A stretch of DNA of 49,278 nucleotides, the filler included, from Porpidia crustulata (lineage: Eukaryota): NCBI GenBank assembly GCA_964255105.1. It is 2 parts of 2 records of this genome, joined end to end, with 100 filler letters (N's around TTAATTAATTAA, not from the genome) between each part and the next. Parts side by side here need not be neighbours in the genome. Positions count along the whole stretch, not along the records: positions 1 to 24,670 come from CAXUWE010000055.1; positions 24,771 to 49,278 come from CAXUWE010000056.1. One strand, given 5' to 3'. Every line of letters starts with the position of its first letter. The first letter of the stretch is position 1. Positions 13,313-25,255 of this stretch are shown here, piece by piece. The notes beneath the pieces are model-generated. The model was not told the origin of the DNA. It worked only from the letters and a program-made list of their open reading frames with translations, and searched no databases. The translations under genes and the position numbers were made by a program.

Positions 13313-14607
13313 TGCTAGATTCAAACCACTCTTGGAGTTGAGGAAACAGTTTTCAGGCGGAAGTCGTAACGTTTTCCGAGTACTGCTTGTGCGTGCGAAT
13401 GAAGTGGAATAATATAGCGAACCTCCAGGCTTGCCGACATATTTCAATCCCGTGGCATGTAAGTCGATTTGGAACATGGGATGGTCATCCCATGTCGGGC
13501 AATCCAATGTGATTGCATCAAGCCATTGATTCGCCAGCTTGTTGCGATAAACCTTGATCATTTCATTCGCCCAGATGTTATCATGTATCACGTATCACAA
13601 ACTCCACCTCAGGAAAGCGCGATGGATGCAGCGTGCCGTACCTCGGGAGACCCCATGAACGTAATTCTGCTAGGATATTGACGGACAAGGGTTTATATCC
13701 AATCATCATGGGAAGCATCGACTCGAAGTGTGTATTGCGATAGTCCCTGTCTAACATCGCGCCCTTATTCGGCGGTTGACATTGGAGTTATAGAATCACT
13801 GAAAGATGTTCAAAGTATGGGCTACGGAACTTCAGGCAAGTCCACTCATGTCCATGAACATCACCCACTCCAACTCGCGTCAACAAAGCAAAGATCCTTC
13901 AGTTCCTTTCCATCTCTGAAAGACGTGAGCCTTTTCAAAAGCCATATCCTACACTCTATCAGTTCTATTGAATGGTCTCTGACTTCTATGAAGGTACATG
14001 GGCGCACTTACACACCTCTGGTCAAGGCAAGGCTCCCTCAATGGTCGGCTTTACAAGCTCCTCCTCCGGGGGTAAATCACCTTGAAACTTTGAATATCGT
14101 CATTTTTAAGCTGAATTGGGCCATCGTACTCAGCTTCAGAGGTATAGCCACAGCAAAGACAGCTAGCTGCACTATTGAGATGATCCAAAATGTACTGATC
14201 TGCATCTTGTGATTAAACGGATAGTAAGCGTTTTGGTAGGATCTCTGTGGATTTGGCTGAAGGGAGGATTTATTGTATCAAAGGTGTCTTCTGGATTATT
14301 TCCATGAATGGGGGACTCCTACTGTCATATGTTGCCTCTACATGGCGGCCAGGCCGTGTCTCGCAAAGAAAGAAGAAAACAGACCGAATGACCGAATTTG
14401 ACTGGTAGTGAAACCGAGGCATCAATAACAAGGCAAACGATCTTGCATGAGTGTCGGCGATCTTTCAGCGGAACACATTACCTATGTGCCACGGCAAACG
14501 CCATTAGGAAGGTGTAACTAGGCAACATGTACTGGGCATCGATCTCCGCACCCTGCTATAAGCTGATGTATGTCAATACCAATTCGCAGTATCTCAGTCG
14601 AAACACT

Positions 14608-15657
14608 ATGGACATCGAGACCAAAACATTGATGGAGCTCAAGGATGAAAACAACGTCTATGGGCAATCTCGCTGCACTACACGCCGCCAGCAATGGATT
14701 GAAAGCCTTCGCACACCGCGATCATGGATTGTAGCCCTTACAGTTCATGTCTGCATGCTAGGGCTCACAGCTTTCTTGCTTTCTCTGATTTCGAGACAAT
14801 CCTCACAGAGTCACCATTCTCTCGCCGCTCCAGTCACCAAAATTCCAAACTCGTACAGTCAGTTCGACAAACATCATCACCATGTCATGACTTACTCGTC
14901 ATAGATCCTGCAAGCGGCTATGTGAGATACAAGATCGATCTACCGCCAGCCGATTATTGGGAGAATATGGTATACATGGGCGAGCCGACATATACGGGCG
15001 ACTATATGTGGAATGACTTGATGGACTGTCAGTGAAAGAAGTAAAGCGACTCGTTGCAGACGACTGACCAAAACCCTTAGATCAGGGTCTCCGGCTTGAA
15101 AAGGAGGAAGGCGAACGATTAAACATATCAGCGGCACCTTTGCCTGATGGTGGATTTGCAACGATGTTCGGTGTTTACCACAACCTGCACTGTCTGGTAA
15201 GGCTTTTTGCTTTATGATGCGAATACTTTCGATCCTATGAAGACTAGGATGATCTGGCTGAAGTTTTTATAGCGACGCATCCGCCAGCATCTTTTCGAAG
15301 ACTATTATTATGTCAATCGGACGGCGGAGGAGCGCAATGAGGATATTCAACATAATTGTACCTCAACTCACCAGTCCACCATCGACTTTAAGCGTTGAGG
15401 AGTTGGCTTATGCTTCCATAGATCACTGTCTCGAGGCCGTCCGCACGTCAATCATGTGCCATCCAGATCTGACACCACATCCGCTCCAATGGGCGGAGAA
15501 TATGCCTAACCATCCTTTGGTAGCCAATCCAAACGTCGTACGAGAATGCGTCGATTGGGACTATCTGCATGAATTTATGAAGACAAGGAAGTATCATCTC
15601 CCGCAGGTTCTGGAAGGCATGAGAGAGACAGGGCAGAAGATGCCGGGCTCTGATTAG
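14608..15657 (+). CDS. DUF3328 / UstYa-like oxidase, about 5 exons
   Basis: N-terminal TM segment. After splicing there are two HxxHC motifs: VYHNLHCL (ending at 15196) and HNYHCLEAVRTSIMCHPD, which spans the intron at ~15358-15421. C-terminal RECVDWD. Confidence 0.92.
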
Positions 15658-16658
15658 ACGGGAGTTTGCTAGCACCATATCATATTCGACCCAATGAGCG
15701 AGAGAAGGGGGGAGATGGAAGCACTTGGAGTAAAATCTATGGTTCGCGATGGGAATGGTAAAAGGTATATGAATGCGCAGGGAAAGCACTTTTTTTTTTT
15801 GGCAACAATTCAGTCATCGAAACCTCGATGGAATTCTTACCATCTTGGGGACTCATTTTCCCCCACCGCTCAGGAACGATTCCTCCGATCATTGATGAAT
15901 TCTCAGGAACGGAGCCTTCTCTGAGACGTATGGATCCAAAAACATACCAATTTTTTGCAACAGAAAAATACCCCTACAGAAGAAGTTTCAGCGTTCAAGA
16001 TCCATCATCCACCTAACCAGAATTCGTAAATAGAGGACGCTGGGCGGGATCGATAGCGCTGAACCCCTCAGAACGTGGCGTCTAAAACATGTCACGTTGA
16101 CGCTCATCATCGCTCCATCGCCCCATCGCCAACTTTCTCCCGATTAGCTGCGTTTAGCCCGTACTCTTCACGGGTGCGTCGAGAGTAGAATGATTGTGAT
16201 GGAGGGAAATTGTGATATCACCCCTAAATCTCATGCAGCACCCACCTACACACGCCACTTACGCCACCATACCTTACCCGCCAATCCTTTCGCTTAACGA
16301 AACCTCCCCATTGGCCACGGAGCCACCGGATCAGACATGCCGGCGGCAGGGGGGGGATCTGTGCCTTCTCCCCGGCCTGGGGCATGCTTCCTGTCAACCC
16401 GGGACGAATGGACGAATGGGTGCGCACAACCAAGTGGGTTTGATCAGGCTTCTACCCGAGGGAAGATCGAGAGAGGATCAACGATCGGAAAGGAGATGCG
16501 GCATTTGGCTGTAGTGGAACATGAGGGACTGGCATTGGTGACTACGCTACATATGCCCCGGTTATCTTGGCTGTTTTACAGCCTCCACTGGATTTACCTG
16601 CCATCTTATCTGAACATGGACATGGTTCTGTATATGTCTCACTCCGAAGAAATGTTGG

Positions 16659-18594
16659 ATGGCTCCAAGGATCGCTGCTCAACCTACAGCCAGCCACGAC
16701 GACGCTATAGATCAATACCACTCACTCACGATGGTAGCATCGAATGAGATGGCCGATCCAAAATTGGATGCCAAAGAAGTCGCTGAAACGGATGCTGTAC
16801 TTCCATGTCTTGAACCGGCGGCGGGCATTCAACCTCGTCGTCAAGGCAGCGAAAAAGGCGACGTTGCATCTGCGGTGCTTGAACCGCCAAACGATGATGT
16901 TTTCGCAATCAGTTGGAGCGATCCCCTTACAGATCCTCGAAACCCTCTCAACTGGTCACTTCTCCGGCAATGGACGACGATAGCCTTGGTCACTGGCGTC
17001 ACACTCATTCCGTATGTGGCACGAATACTGCGAATGTTCTTACACTCTGAAGCAATGCTACTACGACCGCAGTGACTTCTTACGTTTCCATACTGACGAG
17101 TAGGGGCGTCCCAACTTGCAGTGCTCTCACGTCGACGGCCTTCGCCCCTGCAGAACCAGCAGTAATGCACGATTTGCATTCAGACAACGCGGCCTTGACT
17201 TCATTCACCGTCTCCGTCTATATCCTGGGCTATGTCATCGGGCCTCCCCTGGTTGCTCCGATGAGCGAGATTTATGGCCGGGCTGTGATATTACACATTG
17301 GGAATGTCGCTTTCGTCATCACTACAGTAGTCTGCGCGGTGGCTAGGAGCCTGGGTGTCTTCATCGTCTTTCGGTTGCTCATGGGCTTTGCTGGCTGTGT
17401 CTCTGTGACTTTGGGAGGAGGTATAATAGCGGATCTGATGCCGCCAGAGAAGAGAGGCGTGGCTATGAGCGTCTGGTCTGCGGGTCCAATACTGGTACAT
17501 TCCCTTTGATTTCTCTTAATACACTCCATTCGTCGTGGTATCGATATGCTCATTCAATCCGTTTCGCCGAAGGGACCGACAGTAGGTAAGTAAAGAAAAC
17601 TTAAAGTCTATTCAGCGAACATAGAATAATGCTGGTGCAGGGCCAGCAATTGGCGGATACCTTGCGCAAAATGCTGGCTGGAGATGGGTCTTCTGGCTGG
17701 CCACCATCGCTGTAGGCTTTAGGAATAGCTCTCCATCAGCATTTCTGACTGATGTTTCAGCTCGGTGCTTTGACATGCATATGCTTCCTCTTCTTGAAGG
17801 AAACATACGGCCCACGGATTCTTGAGAAGATCGCCGCCCGCAAGCGAAAGCAGACTGGCGACTCCAGATATCACTCCACATTCTACAAAGCCCAGTCCAG
17901 AGGGCAACTCCTCAGAACCGCCTTGGTCCGCCCTACCAAAATGCTCATCAGATCCCCAATCGTCGCTCTTCTGGCCCTCTACACTTCCATCATCAATGCC
18001 TACTGCACCATCCTCTTCGCCACGATCGGCACCGTCTACGAAACCTCCTACGGCTTCACCGTCGGCCAAGGCGGTCTCGCGTATTTCGGCCTGACTGCCG
18101 GTTTCCTCATCGGCCAAGTCACCATCGGCATCTTCTCGGACCGCTACCTCAAATACATGAAAGCCAAGCGCGAAGACGGAGCCATGAAGCCCGAGTACCG
18201 TCTGCCGCCGCTCATCCTTGGGTCCATACTGCTACCGACCGGCTTTCTCTGGTACGGCTGGGCGACGCAGGCGCATACACATTGGATCGTGCCTGTCCTG
18301 GGTACTTCGCTCGTCGGCATTGCCGCCATGTTCTCGTATCTACCCGTGCAGCTGTATCTGGTAGACACGTATACGGTCTTTGCCGCGAGCGCCATCGCGT
18401 CGAATTCGGTTGTGAGATCTGTCTGTGCAGCATTGATCCCGCTAGGAACAGATCCGTTGTACGCCAGGTTGGGGTATGGATGGGGCAATAGCGTGTTGGC
18501 TTTCATCGCGTTGGGGTTTGTGCCAGTGGCCGTGCTTTTGGTCATGTTTGGAGAGCGACTGAGGACGAATGTACGATTTCAGCCTAAGCTGTAA
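16659..18594 (+). CDS. MFS transporter, DHA1 drug:H+ antiporter type, multi-exon
   Basis: [45 protein letters not shown] and LGYGWGNS motifs. Confidence 0.93.
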
Positions 18595-18997
18595 GAAATG
18601 AATTGAGGTCTTTGTACTGTAAGGACAGCATAGAATTTTCCTGTTGGTAGACGTCCATTGTATTAAAGTGGCGTCTTTGTTGAAATAAATGGTGAAGAGC
18701 GCTATGCTCGAGGGTAATAATACCGTTTTGTAGATGTCTATGAGAAGATCCTCAGGAGGAATATATATGAGTCAATAATCTTAGATTAACAAGAAAAAAA
18801 CTTTGAATAAAGACGACAGAGGAGTTCTGGGTGAAGTTCAAAAGTGAACCTGAAGATATCGCTCGAAGATTTGGCCATCGACCTAATCCTCTGCTCTGAT
18901 ACCCACCACCAAATAACTTGTTCATAAGCCACGCTAGCTTTGCAACCCACTGCTATCACAATCCCAAACGCGCTGAACTTGAATACTTGCTGTGAAC

Positions 18998-20797
18998 ATG
19001 ATGGACTCCAAATTAGCAGCGCTAGTATTCAACACCACTATGATTCGATTGCATACCTTCGTCCCCAAACGAAACGCATCTGACTCGAGCTTGTTCACTC
19101 ACACAAAGATGCTAATATTCCTTTTATTCGATGGCTTCTACTTCTACAGAATGAAGCGTTCAGCAATGTCTCCTGATGTGGATCAACACCAAAAGAAGTA
19201 TATATGGTTTGGGATATATGCTTCGCTGTGCAATATATGTATATACGCCTGGAGGATTACCAGTACTCACTTTGCCTACACGACCGCTTATTTACAACCA
19301 CCTGATCCATGGTTCAGGAATTATTCGGAAGCCACCGAAGAAAGATACCTTGTTCCTGTGTATAGAGTGTCATATATGATGACTCCAATACGAAAAGTGC
19401 TCGAGCGGGTTTTGCGTCTTCGAAAGTCGCTAACGACTTCGTTTCAACGCTGTACGGACTCGTACGTATCCTGGAGCCGTCGACAGCACTACAGAAGATT
19501 GCATTCAAACTTCTTGCATTACTTATATCGTATCTTCCAATTTTCGTTTAATTCGCTGCATCCTAGATTACCGGCACTTACAGTTGGTGGTTTATGGGCA
19601 TTTGTGTCTGTAATAATCTTACTATTCGATGGTCCGCACGGAGATTACAAGTACAAGATTGTGATGCCGATAAACTTAATCTTCTGCCAACAGCTAAACT
19701 ACAAGAGTTTCTGGACGTTTTTCCAGTCACTCGTTCATCATGACGCACTACAAGTACGTGGCACAATATATGAAGTGCGACGACATGACCCAAAAAACCC
19801 TTGGCCAGTGAAACTTGAATTAAAAACTACAAATGTTGCAAAATCAGATATATACAATCATGATCATACGAGAGAACCCTTGGGCTACACCTTCTACAAC
19901 GACGACGAAATCAAGGCAAAAGGTAAGGTATATCAATTTCGAGACTGTCTTTTGCCCACTAACATTTATCAAGCTTGTCATCTCGTCAGAGTTATGCCTA
20001 GCTACGATCATTTAACCTACAATTGTCAGGCATTCGTACAGAATCTATTTCGGCGCATTGTAGCCCACGAATTCCATTCAAAAAGACTTACCCGTCAACC
20101 TCGACATCGTACACTACATGGCTATCAAAATCAGCGGAGTAATGCTCTGATCCTGTTGGTAGTGTACTTCACGCTCGTCGAAGAACAAATGTTAATATAT
20201 TCACTGCATCTAATTTGCATGCCAATATTAGTATTACTTCGTCTCAACTATTATTACAAATGGTCGGTCTTCGCTACCTGTACTTGGCATGGTAAACCAG
20301 CCAGCAATAGAGTTGCCTGTACGCAACTATTAACAGCTTGTGTGGTTTTATACATGCTGGATATTAATCTGGTTGCTGTCCTTCTGAACCCCCGTTCCAC
20401 GTCCACAGAGGAAGATATGCTTGCGACGTATCATCGGATGGCGACAGAGATCGAGTGTGGATTAATGTCATGTATTTTGGTCATGTCAATGATCAATCTT
20501 CTGGTCAAGGTGTTCAACAGAGACTCACATTTCGATCTAGTGTATCCAAGGCTGGTTCGGCACAATAAAATGGATTTTGCCAGCGAAGGTAAGAAAGTTG
20601 ACGTTAAATATTGGAAGCCAAATTCGAATCAGCCTGTCAAGAGTTACAAAGTCACTAATCAAGGCCTTATACCTGTTGTTGATGAGGAGGTAGCGGTCAC
20701 CGTTGATGTGAATATAATGGCTCATGAAGCGAGTAACGATTTCGGTCTTGACAAAATTGCGGCTTCGAGAATAAGGAGGGAATTTGCAAAAAATTGA
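18998..20797 (+). CDS. Intronless membrane-associated protein with a permuted papain-like (PPPDE/LRAT-like) H...NC motif
   Basis: Uninterrupted ORF of about 600 aa. HHDALQVRGTIYEV ... YDHLTYNCQAFVQNL is flanked by hydrophobic segments. Confidence 0.65.
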   Translation: MMDSKLAALVFNTTMIRLHTFVPKRNASDSSLFTHTKMLIFLLFDGFYFYRMKRSAMSPDVDQHQKKYIWFGIYASLCNICIYAWRITSTHFAYTTAYLQPPDPWFRNYSEATEERYLVPVYRVSYMMTPIRKVLERVLRLRKSLTTSFQRCTDSYVSWSRRQHYRRLHSNFLHYLYRIFQFSFNSLHPRLPALTVGGLWAFVSVIILLFDGPHGDYKYKIVMPINLIFCQQLNYKSFWTFFQSLVHHDALQVRGTIYEVRRHDPKNPWPVKLELKTTNVAKSDIYNHDHTREPLGYTFYNDDEIKAKGKVYQFRDCLLPTNIYQACHLVRVMPSYDHLTYNCQAFVQNLFRRIVAHEFHSKRLTRQPRHRTLHGYQNQRSNALILLVVYFTLVEEQMLIYSLHLICMPILVLLRLNYYYKWSVFATCTWHGKPASNRVACTQLLTACVVLYMLDINLVAVLLNPRSTSTEEDMLATYHRMATEIECGLMSCILVMSMINLLVKVFNRDSHFDLVYPRLVRHNKMDFASEGKKVDVKYWKPNSNQPVKSYKVTNQGLIPVVDEEVAVTVDVNIMAHEASNDFGLDKIAASRIRREFAKN

Positions 20798-21078
20798 AGG
20801 AAGTTTGTCTCTTTGGGAACAATACTTCAAATTACAGATCCAGATACAACTGAGGTCATTAAGTCTACTTTGATATAACACTATGTAGATAGGTGCACTC
20901 GTAATAATTGGCAGGATCAGTACGAGTTATAGGTGTAATGTACGCCATTCGCGGCTAGTCCGATAATGCAATGCAACCTTTGATTATATCGCCGTAGAAC
21001 TATAACTGTTTGATCACTCACGGCTGAAAATTGGAAACCATAGAGTAGCATTATAGCTAAGAACAATATATCCTTACA

Positions 21079-22146
21079 ATGTCGCATGGCATCGGAACAA
21101 GCAACCTGAAGCTTTTACCCTCTTCAAATCCGCGCTCCGTTCCGTTCGCCGAAACAGCGTCTCCTTATGCCAAAACCACTGACGTAGACAGCCCAGAGGC
21201 AACTCGATTCCATCTACCCGCAGCTTTCCGTCGAAAACGCAATCATCGAGAATGTCTTCAAAAGCTAGACCTTTCGAACGAAGAGACTGTTCGCGCTTTT
21301 CTTGGATTGGAACTGGATGTTTCTCGACTAACTGACGTCTTGAAACATTTGTGGGTGGCTGGCCTACCACGAATCGCCAGACCACTGCACCAACAGATTG
21401 CAAAAGGTCGAACAATAGTCATCGCAGAGCAAGCGGACTGTCACTTGACACTGACGGAGCACACGATCTTGCTGAAACCTCTTCCGCGATTTCTCATGCA
21501 TCATGGAATCTGGGAAGACCATCTTTGTCAGGACGCCGGATTGTTCAAAGATGCCAATGGTTTCCTCATGTCGTATACTTGGCTCATTTGCTATGAAAGT
21601 GATTTTCAAATAGCACGAGAATACGGTTTAATACCACATGATCTGTGCTGGCATGCTTGGACGACGTGGGTCGGATCCATCCTCGAGCGAACTTCACATG
21701 ACCAGTACAAGGATGTGAATCCTCGATATATCTACGGTGAGCTTCGCATCGGTCGCTTGAATCTCATTTACCGACTCTGTCGGAAAACGAGATCGGAAAA
21801 CTTCATGCGTGGGTACAACTACGAATACACCACCTACGCTTCGTTTGTCCGAAAGAACACGACATGGTTCTTGGGCGTCGCCGTATACATTACCATCGTT
21901 CTCGCCGCGATGCAGGTGGGTCTTGGCACCGAACAGCTACATCAGGACAATGTGTTCAACAGAGCTTCGTATGGGTTCACGGTGTTCGCTATTGTCGCAC
22001 CGATTGCACTAGTTGCTGTGATTGCACCGGTTCTGATCGTGATGGCGTTGGATAATCTCAACTTCACATTGGATCAGAATGAGAAAATTGCAAAGGAATT
22101 TCTAGAGGTAGCGAATGCCACGTCGTTGCCGGAATATCAACATTAA
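21079..22146 (+). CDS. DUF6601-type conserved fungal membrane protein
   Basis: HLWVAG..RPLHQQ..GR.IVIAEQ, LLKPLPRFL, YGELRIGRLNLIY and IVLAAMQVGL motifs. Single exon. Confidence 0.85.
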   Translation: MSHGIGTSNLKLLPSSNPRSVPFAETASPYAKTTDVDSPEATRFHLPAAFRRKRNHRECLQKLDLSNEETVRAFLGLELDVSRLTDVLKHLWVAGLPRIARPLHQQIAKGRTIVIAEQADCHLTLTEHTILLKPLPRFLMHHGIWEDHLCQDAGLFKDANGFLMSYTWLICYESDFQIAREYGLIPHDLCWHAWTTWVGSILERTSHDQYKDVNPRYIYGELRIGRLNLIYRLCRKTRSENFMRGYNYEYTTYASFVRKNTTWFLGVAVYITIVLAAMQVGLGTEQLHQDNVFNRASYGFTVFAIVAPIALVAVIAPVLIVMALDNLNFTLDQNEKIAKEFLEVANATSLPEYQH

Positions 22147-24266
22147 CACTATGATGTGATACTGAAACATGTCAGGCCTGAACAGGGGGACTGTACACAG
22201 TCGCTGGAAGGCGGGAAAGTGTCGATCCGAGTCAGCCATGACTCTTTCCTTAGTTTGTTTGGACGGCGGGAGATAGACCAAGGAATTCGGTGTTGCTGTA
22301 TGATTTGGTTCAAGGGAGATGAAATACCAAATAGACACTTCTGGGAATATGGCCGCGAAGTGGCGCAAAGCCACCGTCTGCAGACCTTGAGGAGCGGCGA
22401 AACCGCTGGTAAAGCCACGACCCGGAGATGCGGATATTAGAGAAGATCAGATGGTGAAGGGATGATTGTAGTAGCAGCGTTACCCAAGCTCTCACTATGT
22501 TTAGAGGAAAGCTTTGTTGTTAAAATATTCTCGACCACGCTTCTAGTGTTGGCTGGTCTACCCCAATGAATACATGTTCAGTCATGATAAGATGTCTAAT
22601 CGACAAACACCGGCCAGTCGCGCCACTGACATTTGGATGTTTTGTTAAGTGGAAAAACTACTCAGGTGAATGGGTTCAGATCGTCCAACTCTCAACGTTC
22701 ATAAGTGGACAATTCGTAACATCATCAGACAGTATTGCGTTCAAAAACGATGCGATGGGGAGTTCGGATTGATTCAGTTGCTGGTGGCTGAGCTCATGTG
22801 TCTGGTATCTGGTCAATCTGGGGTCGGGAGTGGCGTTGCGTGCTTTGTAGAACCATTCAAAACCGGCGATATCAAATGAGTACAACCTCTTCTCAGTAGG
22901 AGCAAGAGGCTGCTACGTCATTTACTTGCTCTTTGGGTTACACATTCGCCTTCCCCAGGATTTGTTTCATGGTCTTTACAGGTTGCATTATGGAGACCCT
23001 TGATAATGATTGCGCAAAAAGCGGAAAGAAAGGACACATTTAAACGCAATAGAGTTATTCCGATCGAGCAAGAATCCCCAAGACAGCACAAACGTAATAG
23101 ATCGAGATTTAGTCAACACCAGAGAGGGTATCTGTACGTCCTCGTGGAGATCAAAATAGCCTGGCCGTTCCCAACAGCTTCAGATCCGTGTATCGCGTGT
23201 TTCCCTAAGGCGGAGTGCAACTCGATTAGACGCATCATCTTTATTCTTGGCTCGCCGAAGGATGCGACTTGAACAAGTTTCTCTTTTACTCGGTCCAGTA
23301 CAGCCATTGCGTAATAACAACAATGGCGTTGTTTATCTGCTATCGATAGACTGATGGCCCCTTATAGAACGCTAGCGGGGGTGGCTGAGTAACGCGAGAA
23401 AGAATTCTGATACACTTCTGGTACAACAGATGGAACAGGTGGAACAACCCTCCATGCTCTCATACTCTCTTCCTTGATTCTTTATTTATTCTCCATCGAT
23501 TGATCTGTTATTCTCAGGCCAATGAAGTCATGGCGAATATGATTCCCAAACACATCGAGCAGAAACATCGCCAGAGACGGTCTGTTTCATCCTGACACTT
23601 GACATGCGCACCCACAGAGAATGTCTTGCAGCTCGAGTCGCATTGGTCTCGGGAGTCAGCTTGGGACTACCTTAGTTGCCATGCGATCCCGCTGCAGTTT
23701 CTACTTACGTTTCTTTCTTGCATCTCAATCCCCACATGCCATGCAGTACGCCTCTGGCCGTGACTGGCCTCGCTCTTGGGGCTACGTCAGAGTATCCGGG
23801 GCGAGATGTGGAGGAAGTGAACGAACAGGCATCTCTCCATTCCTGTCGGCTCTCCGCTGTATCAGTGATATCGTGTATCACTGTATCACGCACTCAATCA
23901 CTAGAGGGTTATTCCATTCTTCCATCAACATACTATCACAAGCAGGGTTCCCTTCACTCTGTGGACCCTCCCTCCAACATCTATAAGATGTCTCTGCCTC
24001 ATCCTTCCCTTGCGCTTTGCCTACCAACACCTTTTCAAACATTGTTATCCTTCTGTTATCCATCTCAAACACCCAAAATTGATGGTGTGAGGGTTATGGG
24101 AGGCTTTGATATCTAAATCTATCTGTGACGTACCCAAACGTGTTCATTGTTTCTTCTACTTATACACCTACCCAACCGGTCTCACCTGCGTTGCATACCT
24201 CCTACCATTATATCAGACCCTTATCCGACCTCATTTCCCAGCGCTAAGACCTCCCAACCCTCCACA

Positions 24267-24670
24267 ATGCCTTCTTACCAGCGTCAAGTCGACTTTGCCC
24301 CCGCCCCCGCGTACTCGCGCTTACCACGAGACGACGAGGTCTACGTCATGAAAGCCTTTGCCCGCCACGCCTCCCACTGCCCCACCGGCGCCCACCCCTA
24401 CGACGTCCACCGCCGCGGCGGCACCCTCTGCTCCAAAGGTCACCAGCGCGCCATCGACGTCGCCCAATACCTCTACAACCGCGCCGGCCAAGCCCACTCC
24501 CTCGTCGACCACGAGGGAAACCAGCGCATGCAGGTCGAAATCCCCCTCGGCTGCGAATCCGTCCGCGACCTCCTCAAAGCCATCGAGCGCGGCCTCCGCC
24601 TCCGTCGGAAAGCCCCCATCCTCAGCTACGACCAAACCTACCACGTCCCCGCCCGCCACAGCATGCACAT
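24267..24670 (+). CDS. Conserved-looking hypothetical protein, 3' end lost in the gap
   Basis: Good ATG context (CACAATG) and strong C-ending codon bias. His/Cys pattern FARHASHC..LCSKGH. The ORF runs into the Ns. Confidence 0.75.
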
Positions 24671-24770
24671 NNNNNNNNNNNNNNNNNNNNNNNNNNNNNN
24701 NNNNNNNNNNNNNNTTAATTAATTAANNNNNNNNNNNNNNNNNNNNNNNNNNNNNNNNNNNNNNNNNNNN
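24671..24770. other. Assembly gap with artificial TTAATTAATTAA six-frame stop linker
   Basis: 100-bp spacer made of Ns with TTAATTAATTAA centred at 24715-24726. Confidence 0.95.
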
Positions 24771-25255
24771 GAGGCAGAGCGCGGGGCTCTGCTGTCGGCC
24801 GGCGCCGGTGGAGTGCTTGCATACGAAGGATCAGGGGGTGCCGTTTTGTTATGTCAGTCTCCCTCCTATTCTTCGTCTTCTTCTTCTTCTCTCTTCTTTC
24901 AAGTAAACAAACCTAACCAACCAACCACGGCAAACAGACCCCAGCCACTACCCGCCTGTACTTCGCCGACAACTCCTACGGCTTCGTCGCAAACGGCACC
25001 TACTACGGCGCCGACGGCTCCTTTGTCAACTACAAAACGGGCCAGTATACCCTCGCTAATGGTACCGCTGGCACTTTCACGCCCGTCGGCGATGGATCAT
25101 CGACAACGACTTCTGCTTCGTCGTCGGCGGCTACGGGCTTGGTGTCCTCCACTCCGAGCGCCAAGAGTCTTGCCGCGCGACGGGAAATGGAAACGCTGCT
25201 GTGCGGATCAGTCGTGATGGCGATGCTTGGCACGGTCTTTGCTGCGCTGATCTAG
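24771..25255 (+). CDS. 3' part of a probable GPI-anchored/cell-surface protein (not in the ORF track)
   Basis: RQSAGLCCRPAPVECLHTKDQGVPFCY, then intron 24853-24937 (GTCAGT..CTAAC..CAG), then TPATTRLYFADNSYG. A Ser/Thr-rich stretch and a hydrophobic C-terminus (VVMAMLGTVFAALI*) follow. Confidence 0.75.

Noticed and set aside
13313..16658. RiPP precursor peptide next to the DUF3328 gene
   Set aside because: No signal peptide plus KR/RR-delimited repeated cores was found in the flanking intergenic ORFs.
22150..23307. Possible degraded minus-strand gene
   Set aside because: Its short ORFs could not be joined into a coherent or recognisable product.
24715..24726. TTAATTAATTAA palindrome
   Set aside because: It is a scaffolding linker embedded in Ns, so it is not biological. 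The genes on either side should not be fused.
24321..24726. Overlapping alternative-frame and antisense ORFs, here and across the track
   Set aside because: These are shadows of real genes caused by codon bias, or ORFs with TTG/GTG starts that are unlikely in a fungus.
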